A stretch of 64,000 bases of DNA from Parcubacteria bacterium RAAC4_OD1_1. Lineage in GTDB: Bacteria; Patescibacteriota; Minisyncoccia; Phycocordibacterales; UBA9973. Where the stretch lies: NCBI GenBank assembly GCA_000505065.1, contig AWSN01000001.1:487772-551771 (forward strand), written 5' to 3'. Under the pieces are notes generated by a model. The model saw nothing but the letters and a program-made list of their open reading frames with translations, was not told the origin of the DNA and ran no database searches. The translations under genes and the position numbers were made by a program. Below are positions 9,381-20,062 of this stretch, in pieces (positions within the stretch are counted from its first letter, which is position 1; every line of letters starts with the position of its first letter).

Positions 9381-11672
9381 TTATTGAGCATAACAACTAA
9401 CATCAAAAACTGTTGGCCTTAAAATTCCACTAATTAAAATATCCTCTTGAGTATTTAACCCGCTTCCACAATAACTAGGATCATTTGGATCAGGAGGGTT
9501 ACTTCCACAATCAATATTATTAGCACCATTTGTACATCGGCACTCACATACCATCCCCTCAGTATTTTGAGATGTCCAGCTCACAAATACACTATCCCCC
9601 GTACTTTTATTTATTGGCCCATCCACAGTATCTACTTTCACATCAACAATAGGCTCTGGATATATCATATTAAGAGTATCTCTCTCAAGAAGGGCTGGAT
9701 TGTAATTACTATAAAGAAGGTCGGGGTCTGTATTTCCATAATAATTAACAGCAAGAGTACTATCTGACTGCCATACTATTGAAGAGCTTGTTGGTGTGTC
9801 TTGTTTTGTAATCATCCAAAGAAAATGAATTTTATCAACACCACCAAAAGAAGTTGGTATGTTTTTATATATATTAAAGTCTGTAGTATAATCACCCCAA
9901 TAATTGGTCAACAAAGAAATATTTAATGGGATACTATTATTAAACCAATTCCAAAGTGCTGTCACCTTATCGTCGCGAAAATAATGATGTATGAGATTAT
10001 TATTATAATTTTCTAAAATATCAATATTTAAATATAAACCATAATAAAGACTGCAATTAGAGTATGATCCTGAAGTCCCACAATAAAAACCACCCCAAGG
10101 TTCTGCAATACCTCCAGGAGAACTATAATCTTTGTCACCTTCATAAGAATCTCCTGATATATTAAACCACAAAACAACAGGTATTGTTGTTGTAATAGTA
10201 TAAGTTGAACCACCAGCTGAAGGATTTTGAACATCATAAGGTATAAAATAACTAGTACCTGATGAAAGTAAATTATCAAAAGTTATTGTGTCTGCTTTAA
10301 CTGAATCTATTGGTATAAATAAAAATGAGGTAAATAGAAATAATAAAATAATTATACTGATATTATTCATATTATTATCAGTCTTATTTATATCTACTGA
10401 TTGTAAATTTTTCTTTTTCTTAAAATATAAGTAGGAAATAATAATGAGAAGAAGTAATATTAAAATAATAGCAATATTTGATATTGATATTTTAGAGACA
10501 GATGTTGTTTTAATATTGAAATCTTCTTGATCTAAGATATTGCCATCTTCATCTTTAAGAGTAATTAAAATACTAGGATTAAAACATTTTGAAGTTATTA
10601 ATGTTGGAAATTCTACCTTTATTGAAGTTTGATTACTTAAATCTTTAGTACTTGGTTCAGCACATAAATTACCTTTCCCATTTTTAATTTCCACTTCAGA
10701 CAATATTTTAACTGGTAATGCTGTCGAATACCTCCCCCTAAGAAAAACATCAATAGATGGAAAATATGCAAAAGAAATTAAAGCATTATCTCCTTTTTTA
10801 TAATAATCCTTATCTAAAAACAAACTATTAATTGTAGCATTTGAACCACGTATAACATAAAAAATGTTTATAATATTTGATTTTATATTTTCATTTCCTA
10901 AAGTGAAGTTCAAACTATAAGGATTGGGGACGGATGATTTGGGTAAAATAACAGAAAATTCTTTTGTTTTAAGTGGATCAATTACAATAGATTTATTATT
11001 TATATCAGATACTTCAGCGACATCACCAAAAGAAGAATTTATGTATGTTTTATAAGAAGGTTGTACAGAAATTACTGAATCACTAAAATTTTCTACAGTA
11101 CAAAAAAGATTTAAATTTTCGTCTGTTTTTATATCAACCCCTTGATTTAATTTATATTTTAAATTACTCTTCTCACCTTCAACTTTTAAATAACAAGTTT
11201 CAGGAAGAATTCTAATTCCTTTTAAAGAAGAAGTTAGATGAACTTTTTTAATAATATAATCTGCAAACGGAAGATTGTTACTATTTTTACTAGATAGAAC
11301 AATATTATATTCACCATCTAAATAATCTGGTGCAATATAATCAATAGACTTATCAGTTTTTGAATTTGGATTTAATGTCAAAAAATCATCATATATTTTT
11401 TCATCTAATAAATATTGTCCTTTATCTGTATTTTGAATTAGCCTAATCCCATATCTGACATCAGTTTGTAAACCTTGGCCATTTACAAGAGAAAAAAAGA
11501 TATTAAATTTATTATTTTCTTGAGAAACTATTTTTACATTTTCTAAATTTATTTCAGCAAGTGTTATACTTTTTACTTCTTTAGTATCAACCTTTTCTTC
11601 CGCAAAGATAGAAAAAGGTAAGACTAAAGAAAAAATCAAAAAAACGAAACTGGCTCTTAATATTTTTTTCAT
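9381..11672 (-). CDS. large membrane-anchored hypothetical surface protein
   Basis: Signal peptide, Ig-like beta-rich region, TM helix plus KKKK, then a second signal-like segment (…VKA-DT) and Cys-rich C-terminus. Confidence 0.7.
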   Translation of the reverse strand: MKKILRASFVFLIFSLVLPFSIFAEEKVDTKEVKSITLAEINLENVKIVSQENNKFNIFFSLVNGQGLQTDVRYGIRLIQNTDKGQYLLDEKIYDDFLTLNPNSKTDKSIDYIAPDYLDGEYNIVLSSKNSNNLPFADYIIKKVHLTSSLKGIRILPETCYLKVEGEKSNLKYKLNQGVDIKTDENLNLFCTVENFSDSVISVQPSYKTYINSSFGDVAEVSDINNKSIVIDPLKTKEFSVILPKSSVPNPYSLNFTLGNENIKSNIINIFYVIRGSNATINSLFLDKDYYKKGDNALISFAYFPSIDVFLRGRYSTALPVKILSEVEIKNGKGNLCAEPSTKDLSNQTSIKVEFPTLITSKCFNPSILITLKDEDGNILDQEDFNIKTTSVSKISISNIAIILILLLLIIISYLYFKKKKNLQSVDINKTDNNMNNISIIILLFLFTSFLFIPIDSVKADTITFDNLLSSGTSYFIPYDVQNPSAGGSTYTITTTIPVVLWFNISGDSYEGDKDYSSPGGIAEPWGGFYCGTSGSYSNCSLYYGLYLNIDILENYNNNLIHHYFRDDKVTALWNWFNNSIPLNISLLTNYWGDYTTDFNIYKNIPTSFGGVDKIHFLWMITKQDTPTSSSIVWQSDSTLAVNYYGNTDPDLLYSNYNPALLERDTLNMIYPEPIVDVKVDTVDGPINKSTGDSVFVSWTSQNTEGMVCECRCTNGANNIDCGSNPPDPNDPSYCGSGLNTQEDILISGILRPTVFDVSCYAQ

Positions 11673-11753
11673 AGAAAATTTTTTAAATTATTATTTTTAA
11701 ATACTACTTTTAATTATACCACCTATCAATCAACAAAAGCAAAACACTTAACC

Positions 11754-11780
11754 CCAGATAGTGGTTTAACCACTATCTGG
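11754..11780. repeat. REP-like palindrome family 1, copy at RAYT1 stop codon
   Basis: CCAGATAGTGGTT-T-AACCACTATCTGG perfect palindrome; supplies the TAA stop. Confidence 0.92.
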
Positions 11781-12446
11781 AAGATTTTCATCTTCTAGTA
11801 AGGAAACTTTTCCTCTTTCTTTTCTAATAATTTCTACAATTTCCTCTGAATGTTGTTTAAAATCTGAAATACCCTTAAAAACTTCAAGAATTCTTAAACC
11901 CTCTTCTTTCGAAACAATATTAAAATCATTATTTTCATATTCATTGTCACTAGCAAGAATAAGATCTTTTAAATCTTCTGGGATATCATGAACTTGATAA
12001 TTTTTATTTACATATCCAATAATTTTATTAAAATAATTTTCATTACCCATCAATTGAGACTTAAAAGTTCCCTGAAAAAGCGATCCGGAGCGAGAATTTT
12101 TTACATTAAAATAGTAAGTATAAGCTCCTTGTAATTTCTGCATAAATTTAGCTATTCCTCCATCTACATTTTGTTTCAAAACAAAATGAAAATGATTTGG
12201 ATTTAAACAATAAGCAACAACTAAAACTAATGGTTTATCCCCAGATAGTGGTTTAACCACTATCTGGGATTTTTTTGTCTTTCTTAAGTTTGACAAACTC
12301 ACTATTTTTTCTATTTTATTAAATTCTTTTATACTTTCAATAAATCTAAATAAATCACTCTTATCAGAAAAAATGTTTCTCTTGTCAACCCCCCTATTGT
12401 AAATATGGTAATATTCTCCATTTAATAAAGGTTGTTTTCTTAACAT
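11766..12446 (-). CDS. HUH/Y1 tyrosine transposase, REP-associated (RAYT/TnpA-REP)-like, RAYT1
   Basis: YYHIYNRGVDK, AYCLNPNHFHF (HUH), YTYYFN...RSGSLFQGTFKS, candidate catalytic Tyr in GYVNKN; no tnpB. Confidence 0.88.
   Translation of the reverse strand: MLRKQPLLNGEYYHIYNRGVDKRNIFSDKSDLFRFIESIKEFNKIEKIVSLSNLRKTKKSQIVVKPLSGDKPLVLVVAYCLNPNHFHFVLKQNVDGGIAKFMQKLQGAYTYYFNVKNSRSGSLFQGTFKSQLMGNENYFNKIIGYVNKNYQVHDIPEDLKDLILASDNEYENNDFNIVSKEEGLRILEVFKGISDFKQHSEEIVEIIRKERGKVSLLEDENLPDSG
12240..12268. repeat. REP-like palindrome family 1, in-frame inside RAYT1
   Basis: CCCAGATAGTGGTTTAACCACTATCTGGG, translated SQIVVKPLSG. Confidence 0.92.
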
Positions 12447-12463
12447 GTTCTTATTATATCATA

Positions 12464-12512
12464 TAATCAAATCTACAGATAGTGGTTTAACCACTATCTG
12501 TAGATTTGATTA
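12464..12512. repeat. REP-like palindrome family 1, extended 49-nt copy upstream of RAYT1
   Basis: TAATCAAATCTACAGATAGTGGTT-T-AACCACTATCTGTAGATTTGATTA perfect palindrome. Confidence 0.92.
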
Positions 12513-12696
12513 AGTATTGCATAAATTAGATTCTTATAGTAACATTCTATATGTAACAGTCCGTTTTCAAACCGGGCTTTTATTTTTCTTAAATGTCGAA
12601 TTTAAGAATAACAATTTAATAACAATTTAATAAAAAGGTCTCTTGTTTTTATTGTATTTTACTAGAACATAAAAACTAGAACCTAGAACTTAACAA

Positions 12697-13914
12697 ATGT
12701 TAGACCTAAAAACAATGAAGTCAGCACTGGAACAGCTTGAGCAAGAAAGAAAAATCCCTCGTGATAAAATCATAGATGCCATAGAACAAGCCTTAGCTGC
12801 TGCTTATAAAAAAGATTATGGTAAAAAAGGTCAAATAATCCGTGCCAAAATTGACATAGAAAATGGAGATATGGAATTCTACCAAGTCAAAATAGTAGTA
12901 GATGAATCTTTAGTCCGCATTCCTAAATTAGACGAAGAAGGAAATGAGGAAGAAGACGAAGAAATTGCAGAAGATGATGAAAGAGTTCGATATAATGAAG
13001 AACATCACATACTAATAGAAGATGCTAAAAAGATAAAAAACAACATAGTTTTAGAAGAAGAAATTATATTCCCATTAGAAAATAAAGACGATTTCGGAAG
13101 AATAGCAGCTCAGACAGCCAAGCAAGTTATAATTCAAAAAATTCGTGAAGCTGAAAGAGGGGCTATAATCGAAGAATATGGAAGTCGTGAAGGTGAAATC
13201 ATAAATGGTACAGTATCTAAAATAGAAAGAGGCGTCCTTTATATAGATTTCAATCGTGCGACAGGTATCATCCTCCCAGAAGAACAAATTCCAGGAGAAT
13301 TTTACAAGAGAGGAGATAGGATAAAAGCTTATTTATACTCTATAGAAGAAACCCCAAGAGGAGTAAATTTAAAACTTTCTCGTACTCACCCTGAATTTAT
13401 AGAAGGATTATTTGCAATGGAAGCTCCAGAAATATCAGGAGGAGTAGTAGAAATTAAATCCATAGCCAGAGAGCCGGGCTCACGTTCAAAAATATCTGTT
13501 TATTCCAATGATGAGCACATTGACCCAGTGGGATCTTGTGTCGGACAAAAAGGAGTCAGAGTTTCAACTGTTATGAGTGAGCTAGGTGGAGAAAAAATAG
13601 ACATAATACCTTGGTCACCTGATCCAGCTACATACATAAGTAGTGCTCTTTCTCCTGCTAATGTCTTAAATATTGAAACAGACGAAGAAGGACACAAAGC
13701 TACAATAGAAGTCGCCAATGATCAGCTTTCACTTGCTATTGGTAAAGGGGGGCAAAATGTCCGCCTTGCTGCAAAACTTACTGGATGGAGAATCGATATA
13801 AAAAGCATAGATAAGAACAATGAAACAGTTGGTGAAAACACAGAAGATGATAATATAGAAGAAGCTAGTGAAAACATCGATGACGGTATCATTGATGATG
13901 GCACAGAAGCATAA
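12697..13914 (+). CDS. nusA: transcription factor NusA
   Basis: FGRIAAQTAKQVI, AREPGSRSK, DPVGSCVG, LSLAIGKGGQNVRLAAKLTGWRIDI. Confidence 0.98.
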   Translation: MLDLKTMKSALEQLEQERKIPRDKIIDAIEQALAAAYKKDYGKKGQIIRAKIDIENGDMEFYQVKIVVDESLVRIPKLDEEGNEEEDEEIAEDDERVRYNEEHHILIEDAKKIKNNIVLEEEIIFPLENKDDFGRIAAQTAKQVIIQKIREAERGAIIEEYGSREGEIINGTVSKIERGVLYIDFNRATGIILPEEQIPGEFYKRGDRIKAYLYSIEETPRGVNLKLSRTHPEFIEGLFAMEAPEISGGVVEIKSIAREPGSRSKISVYSNDEHIDPVGSCVGQKGVRVSTVMSELGGEKIDIIPWSPDPATYISSALSPANVLNIETDEEGHKATIEVANDQLSLAIGKGGQNVRLAAKLTGWRIDIKSIDKNNETVGENTEDDNIEEASENIDDGIIDDGTEA

Positions 13915-13969
13915 TTATTTGTATTAATTAAAGGTCATAAAAAATTATTATAAAAATTTATTAATTTAT

Positions 13970-14001
13970 ACTAGTCACTAGAAACTAGTCACTAGAAACT
14001 A
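13970..14001 (+). repeat. CTAG-containing heptamer tandem repeat just before the hppA ATG
   Basis: ACTAGTC-ACTAGAA-ACTAGTC-ACTAGAA-ACTA; relatives at 12661-12690, 19176-19206 and 54465-54492 (reverse). Confidence 0.8.
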
Positions 14002-14006
14002 ATTGT

Positions 14007-16037
14007 ATGAGTATATTTATCTGGTTTGCATTAGGGGCATCTGTTTTAGCAATCATTTATGGATTGTTCCTTATAAAAGTAGTATTGAGCAAAGACACGG
14101 GTGATGAGAAAATGAAATCTATCGCACTTGCTATCCAACAAGGAGCAAAAGCATATCTAAATCGCCAATATAAAACTATTGGAATTATTGCAATCATTCT
14201 TTTTCTTATAATTGGATTTGTTCCAATGTTAGGATGGATGATGGCGATAAGCTTCTTAGTCGGAGCGATACTTTCTGCTATTGCAGGATACATAGGTATG
14301 AACATTTCTGTTCGTGCTAACGTAAGAACAACCGAAGAAGCAAAAAAGGGTCTAAAAGAAGCTCTATCTCTTGCTTTTAAAGGAGGTTCTGTCACAGGAC
14401 TTCTTGTTGTTGGACTTGCTCTTTTAGGAGTCACATTATTTTATATAATTGCACAAAAATTTGTAGGGGCTCACGCTGTTAAATCTTTAGTGGGTCTTTC
14501 GTTTGGAGCATCACTTATTTCAGTTTTCGCTCGTCTTGGTGGAGGAATATTTACAAAAGCAGCTGATGTAGGAGCAGATCTTGTCGGTAAAATTGAAGCT
14601 GGTATCCCAGAAGACGACCCAAGAAACCCTGCCGTTATTGCTGATAATGTTGGAGACAATGTCGGAGACTGTGCAGGTATGGCTGCAGATTTATTTGAAA
14701 CTTATGCTGTAACATCTGTTGCAACTATGCTTTTAGGATCTCTAGTTTTCTCAGGTTTTGATAACGCAATAATATATCCCCTTGCAATTGGTGGAGTATC
14801 TATTATTTCTACAATCATCGGGACATGGTTTGTAAGACTTGGAAAAAAAGGAAATATAATGGGTGCACTTTACAAAGGGCTTATGGTGTCAGGATTACTT
14901 TCTGCTATTGCATTCTGGCCTATTACAAAATGGCTAATGACAGGTCAAGAAAAATATACAGTTGGTGGATTATATATAAGTGCACTTATTGGTATTATCG
15001 TTACTGCTCTTATAATTATCATTACAGAATATTATACTTCTACAAAATATTATCCAGTAAAATCTATAGCTCAAGCTTCCGTTTCAGGACATGGGACAAA
15101 TGTAATCCAAGGTCTTGCAATCTCTATGAAGTCAACAGCTCTTCCACTCATCGCGATCGTCGCAGGTATCTTAGCCTCTTATCATTTTGGTGAATTATAT
15201 GGTGTAGCAGTTGCTGCTATGTCTATGCTTTCTCTTACTGGTATCATTGTTGCAATTGATTCCTTTGGCCCTATTACAGATAATGCCGGTGGAATTGCTG
15301 AAATGGCTGAACTTCCAGAGTCCGTTCGTGCAGTCACAGATCCACTTGATGCAGTTGGAAACACCACAAAAGCAGTCACAAAAGGTTATGCTATCGGTTC
15401 AGCAGGACTTGCAGCACTTGTGCTCTTTTCATCTTACACACAAGAATTTGCAGATCTAGGAATTAATTTGAAATTTGATTTAGGAGATCCATTAGTTATC
15501 GTAGGACTTTTGATTGGAGGACTTCTTCCTTATTATTTCGGTGCACTTTCTATGGAAGCAGTAGGAAAAGCTGCGGGTAAAGTTGTAGAAGAAGTTAGAA
15601 GACAATTTAGAGAAATAAAAGGAATTATGGATGGAAGTGGTAAACCAGAATATGGCACATGTGTAGATATCGTCACAGGAAGTGCTATCAAACAAATGGT
15701 TGTCCCTGCTCTTATCCCAGTTCTTGCACCCATACTTGTAGGTATTATACTTGGACCAGAAGCTTTAGGTGGGCTTCTTGTCGGGTCAATAGTCACAGGA
15801 TTATTCGTTGCAATATCAATGACTTCCGGTGGTGGAGCATGGGATAATGCAAAGAAATATATTGAGCTTGGAAACTTTGGTGGAAAAGGATCAGATGCTC
15901 ACAAAGCAGCTGTCACAGGAGACACAGTTGGAGATCCTTACAAAGATACTGCTGGCCCAGCAATAAACCCAATGATAAAAATTCTAAACATTATTGCTCT
16001 TATTATCGTGCCTATATTAGTTGCAATTTGGTTTTAA
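14007..16037 (+). CDS. hppA: membrane-bound pyrophosphatase (predicted K+-independent H+-PPase)
   Basis: [33 protein letters not shown] (Lys at the K+-dependence site), [11 protein letters not shown]. Confidence 0.95.
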   Translation: MSIFIWFALGASVLAIIYGLFLIKVVLSKDTGDEKMKSIALAIQQGAKAYLNRQYKTIGIIAIILFLIIGFVPMLGWMMAISFLVGAILSAIAGYIGMNISVRANVRTTEEAKKGLKEALSLAFKGGSVTGLLVVGLALLGVTLFYIIAQKFVGAHAVKSLVGLSFGASLISVFARLGGGIFTKAADVGADLVGKIEAGIPEDDPRNPAVIADNVGDNVGDCAGMAADLFETYAVTSVATMLLGSLVFSGFDNAIIYPLAIGGVSIISTIIGTWFVRLGKKGNIMGALYKGLMVSGLLSAIAFWPITKWLMTGQEKYTVGGLYISALIGIIVTALIIIITEYYTSTKYYPVKSIAQASVSGHGTNVIQGLAISMKSTALPLIAIVAGILASYHFGELYGVAVAAMSMLSLTGIIVAIDSFGPITDNAGGIAEMAELPESVRAVTDPLDAVGNTTKAVTKGYAIGSAGLAALVLFSSYTQEFADLGINLKFDLGDPLVIVGLLIGGLLPYYFGALSMEAVGKAAGKVVEEVRRQFREIKGIMDGSGKPEYGTCVDIVTGSAIKQMVVPALIPVLAPILVGIILGPEALGGLLVGSIVTGLFVAISMTSGGGAWDNAKKYIELGNFGGKGSDAHKAAVTGDTVGDPYKDTAGPAINPMIKILNIIALIIVPILVAIWF

Positions 16038-16053
16038 AATTTAAAATAATCAC

Positions 16054-16091
16054 GCATCAAAAAATCCTCCGAATGGAGGATTTTTTGATGC
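16054..16091. terminator. bidirectional terminator
   Basis: GCATCAAAAAATCCTCC-GAAT-GGAGGATTTTTTGATGC. Confidence 0.85.
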
Positions 16092-16104
16092 GAACAACTT
16101 TATT

Positions 16105-16944
16105 TTAAATTTTATATATCTGATTTAATTTTTTAAATTCATCTAGATAGTCATTAATTCCTAAAATAGATTTTTCATATCTATCAATAAAAATATCCTT
16201 TTCCTCATCTGAATAATTTTCAGAAGCTTTAAAATCCTCCATACTTTTCTTTAGAACTTGATCTATGTATTTTTCAGAATTATTTATTAATTCTTCGGGT
16301 GTTCTATAATAACCAATTTTATGAGAGAAACTATTAATATTACCATTTCTATTCACAAATCTAATCAATGGAATAAAATCACCTTGCCCATCTACACTAT
16401 CACGACTTTTGATTGCTTTAAATTTTTTTTGAGCATCAAGTCTATTTTCAATTTCTGGAATACGTTCCTGAATTTCTTTTAATTTACCAGAAAGTAAATC
16501 AATCTGACTAGCAATTTCTGGATAGTCTTTTGATAAAACATCTCCTCCTTTATTTTGATCATCGTGGTATCCATAAATCTTAAATTTATTTTCAAGGTGA
16601 TCAATAGCTTCTTTTATCTGCCCATAAGCTTTCAATAAAGAATTTGGATCATTTTTTATGTTCTCGTCATCAAAATTTTCTAATTGCCAAGACATGTTGT
16701 TTAAATACATAGATCTAATCGTAAAGGATCCATCAGAAGATCTATTTTCTCTCTCCTTGTCGTATCTATTGTAAGGAATTCTTGCATCTTCAAGATTACT
16801 TAAAAGGTTCTTAGCGTCATCTCTTATATTTTGAATCATATCTCTAACTTCAATCAAACCATTTTGTAACTCTTTTGAAAATTCAGTATTATTTTCTTTT
16901 TTTTCAATTTCATTAGTTTTATTAAAAGATCCTTCTATTCCCAT
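16105..16944 (-). CDS. hypothetical helical protein
   Basis: 279-aa charged ORF, no recognised motif. Confidence 0.7.
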   Translation of the reverse strand: MGIEGSFNKTNEIEKKENNTEFSKELQNGLIEVRDMIQNIRDDAKNLLSNLEDARIPYNRYDKERENRSSDGSFTIRSMYLNNMSWQLENFDDENIKNDPNSLLKAYGQIKEAIDHLENKFKIYGYHDDQNKGGDVLSKDYPEIASQIDLLSGKLKEIQERIPEIENRLDAQKKFKAIKSRDSVDGQGDFIPLIRFVNRNGNINSFSHKIGYYRTPEELINNSEKYIDQVLKKSMEDFKASENYSDEEKDIFIDRYEKSILGINDYLDEFKKLNQIYKI

Positions 16945-17103
16945 AAAATTTATTCGCTTTCGCGTAAGCTATTTATTAATACCCCAATTCTACCTTTTAT
17001 TAATATCTTTCGTCAAGAAACCAATTTAAAAATTAGGGTTTGTAAAATATCAATTTTTAGTATAAGATGTGAACGTTAGATTAATAGATTTAAAATCAAT
17101 AAT

Positions 17104-18186
17104 ATGAAAGTAAATATCAAAAAATTAGAAAAAAGTGAAGTGGAAATAGTGGGCACCATAGAAGCAGAGGAATTTATGAAATATGAAGAGAAAGCTCTCG
17201 AGAAGATAAACGAGCGTGTAGAGCTCCCTGGGTTTAGGAAAGGCAAAGCCCCTGTCGATATGATCAAAAGTTCAGTTCCTGAGATGGAGCTTCTAGAGGA
17301 AATGGCTGAAAAAGCACTTAGTGATAATTATGGAAAAATTTTAGAAGATAATAAAATTGATGCTATTGGTCGCCCACAAATTCAAATTACAAAAATCGGT
17401 AAAGGTTCTGATTTGGAATTCAAAATTTTAACTGCAGTTATTCCAGAAGTTAAATTAGGAGATTATAAAAAGATTGCAAAAACAGAAAATAGTAAAGAGG
17501 AAAATAAAAAAGAAATTGTTATTGAAGAAAAAGATGTTGAGAAAGTCATAGACGACCTTCGTAAAATGCGCGCAAATCAAAAGAACAATTCTCATGAAGG
17601 ACATGAGGAAATGACTGAGGAGGAACACGCACAAGCTCATGCAAATGAAACCGAGGTCCCAGAAAGTGAGTGGCCAGCTTTCGATGATGAGTTTGCAAAA
17701 AGTTTCGGCAATTTTAAAACTGCGGAAGAACTTAAAGAAAAAATTACATCAAATTTAAAAATAGAAAAAGAAACAGAAGCAAAAGACAAAGTACGGCTCG
17801 CAATCATAGAAGAGCTTGTGAAACAATCTGAAATAGAAATTCCAGAAATCCTTATCCAAAGTGAAACAGATAAAATCCTATACAAACTACAAGCAGACAT
17901 AACTAATGTCGGATTTAAATTCGAAGATTATTTAAAACAAATAAACAAAACCGAAGAAGATTTGAGGAAAGAATGGAGACCCGACGCCGAGAAACGTGCG
18001 AAACTCCAAATGATCATCCACGATATCTCTATAAAAGAAAACTTAAAACCAACAGAAGAAGAAATAGAAAATGACGTCGTCAAAATCACCGAGATGTATA
18101 AAGAAGCCGACCCCACCCGCGCCCGCGCCTATGTCGAACAAATGCTCGAAAATGAAAAAGTATTCACATTTCTTGAGAAACAATAG
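17104..18186 (+). CDS. tig: trigger factor lacking the FKBP PPIase domain
   Basis: LPGFRKGKAP ribosome-binding motif; DDEFAK; only 360 aa; upstream of clpP. Confidence 0.93.
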   Translation: MKVNIKKLEKSEVEIVGTIEAEEFMKYEEKALEKINERVELPGFRKGKAPVDMIKSSVPEMELLEEMAEKALSDNYGKILEDNKIDAIGRPQIQITKIGKGSDLEFKILTAVIPEVKLGDYKKIAKTENSKEENKKEIVIEEKDVEKVIDDLRKMRANQKNNSHEGHEEMTEEEHAQAHANETEVPESEWPAFDDEFAKSFGNFKTAEELKEKITSNLKIEKETEAKDKVRLAIIEELVKQSEIEIPEILIQSETDKILYKLQADITNVGFKFEDYLKQINKTEEDLRKEWRPDAEKRAKLQMIIHDISIKENLKPTEEEIENDVVKITEMYKEADPTRARAYVEQMLENEKVFTFLEKQ

Positions 18187-18203
18187 AGTAAAAAATCTAA
18201 ACA

Positions 18204-18236
18204 AAAAAGAAGCCTAGTTTTTTAGGCTTCTTTTTG
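18204..18236. terminator. bidirectional terminator
   Basis: AAAAAGAAGCCTA-GTTTTT-TAGGCTTCTTTTT. Confidence 0.75.
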
Positions 18237-18240
18237 ATTG

Positions 18241-18939
18241 TCATACAAACAACCGCTTTTTTTGTTCCCAAAGTAAGTTTAATTTTTTTGATAATGCCTT
18301 GTTATACAAAAAACCAATAATAATCATTGAGGCAAAGATTGATAAATCAACCAAAATAATTACTGCAACAGCTCTGTCGCGATCAATACTTGAAGCATAA
18401 TTTTGTATAGGTATTGATAAAACTTTAAAATAAGTAATTATTACAATAATAGATGTTAAGAAAAATAATATCCCAAGCCATTCTTTAATAGCTAAAATCC
18501 TATTCTCCTTATGACAAATTTTATCAATCATTTTTTCATCATCTTTTTTGGGTTCTTCATTCCATAATCCAAAAATACAAGTCAATAGCAATCCTAGCCC
18601 TTCTATAAGAGACAAAATGGCACCAGCTCGGAAAGAAGACTGTCTGGTTGATAGAGGACTTCCAAAATCAAAATCATCCCAATACTCCAAGCGCTTACGA
18701 TGAACACTCAGACTTTTATCTATACCGTCAAGGCTTGTCGCAATTCTAGCCGCAGACATCATTGACATTGATGATTGATGCAGGGAATTGATTTTTATCT
18801 CTCTTTCTTTTTCCAATTTTGTAATCATTAATAAATTGTTATTAACTCTTTTTTCAATGAATACATCACTAGAAATATTAGATAGAATGGCGGACACAAT
18901 AAGAAATAAAAAACCTGAAATTAAAAAAACTTTTTTCAT
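18241..18939 (-). CDS. hypothetical membrane protein (about 4 TM)
   Basis: Hydrophobic segments; inserted antisense between tig and clpP. Confidence 0.65.
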   Translation of the reverse strand: MKKVFLISGFLFLIVSAILSNISSDVFIEKRVNNNLLMITKLEKEREIKINSLHQSSMSMMSAARIATSLDGIDKSLSVHRKRLEYWDDFDFGSPLSTRQSSFRAGAILSLIEGLGLLLTCIFGLWNEEPKKDDEKMIDKICHKENRILAIKEWLGILFFLTSIIVIITYFKVLSIPIQNYASSIDRDRAVAVIILVDLSIFASMIIIGFLYNKALSKKLNLLWEQKKRLFV

Positions 18940-19076
18940 AATACACATTTTTTAAATTAATAATATAATTTTAATTCTCATCCCTAATATCTTTATTAAA
19001 ATACCAAAGACGAGAACTAAAATTCATTAACCAAAAAAATGAAAACTTTTATCAAAGAACTTAACCTCCTTTTTAT

Positions 19077-19106
19077 ATTATAGCATATTTAATACCATTT
19101 TGTCAA
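19077..19106 (-). promoter_or_regulatory. consensus sigma70 promoter
   Basis: TTGACA-AAATGGTATTAAATATGC-TATAAT. Confidence 0.75.
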
Positions 19107-19211
19107 GGTATATAAAATCTCCATTTTTCCTGATATAATCACCATATTATCAGTAATTTCTCTAGTTGTTATTTTCTAATCACTAGAAACTAGCCACTAG
19201 CAACTAATTTT

Positions 19212-19799
19212 ATGCTTATACCAACAGTTATAGAAAAAACAATGAATGGCGAGCGAGCTTACGACATATACTCTCGCCTTTTAAATGAACGAATAATATT
19301 TCTTGGAGGGCCGATCGATGATCACACAGCGAACCTCATCATCGCTCAGCTTCTTTACCTTGATCATGTTGATCCAAAGAAAGATATTAGTCTTTATATC
19401 AATTCCCCTGGTGGATCAGTCACCGCAGGTCTTGCGATTATCGACACGATGAATTTTATCAAAAGTGATGTCTCTACCATTTGCGTCGGCATCGCTGCTT
19501 CGATGGGGGCACTCATACTTTCTTCTGGTCAAAAAGGGAAACGTTTCACTCTTCCAAATTCTGAAGTTATGATCCACCAAGTGATGGGTGGAGCAGAAGG
19601 CCAAGCATCTGATATCGCCATCAATGCCAAGCACATTCTCCGCACAAAAGATACCTTGAACAAAATTCTTGCTCAAAATACAAATAAAAAAATGGAGCAA
19701 GTAGAAAAAGATTCCGACCGCGACTACTGGATGACAAGTGATGAAGCCAAAAAGTACGGCATCATCGATGAGATAATCTCAAAACCAAAAGGAAAATAA
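19212..19799 (+). CDS. clpP: Clp protease proteolytic subunit
   Basis: [27 protein letters not shown]. Confidence 0.98.
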   Translation: MLIPTVIEKTMNGERAYDIYSRLLNERIIFLGGPIDDHTANLIIAQLLYLDHVDPKKDISLYINSPGGSVTAGLAIIDTMNFIKSDVSTICVGIAASMGALILSSGQKGKRFTLPNSEVMIHQVMGGAEGQASDIAINAKHILRTKDTLNKILAQNTNKKMEQVEKDSDRDYWMTSDEAKKYGIIDEIISKPKGK

Positions 19800-19812
19800 A
19801 TTCCGGTAAATC

Positions 19813-19848
19813 AATAGCCTCGCAAGCTTTGCTTGCGAGGCTATTTTT
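19813..19848 (+). terminator. terminator after clpP
   Basis: AATAGCCTCGCAAGC-TTT-GCTTGCGAGGCTATT plus T tract. Confidence 0.85.
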
Positions 19849-20062
19849 TAAATCCTAGACAAAAACTCATTTTTGGAGTATATTGAAAGTATCGAATTTT
19901 AAAAGTTTTTATTACATGTTCGCTTTCAAATACAGTCACGAAATATTTTTATTTATGAACCAAAAAGAAAACAATCGTTTCGTTCTAAATCAATCATACT
20001 TGTTTGTAAAACCCATAAATAACAAGGGTCTATCTGTGTTTTAAAGCGACATAAAAGTCGTT

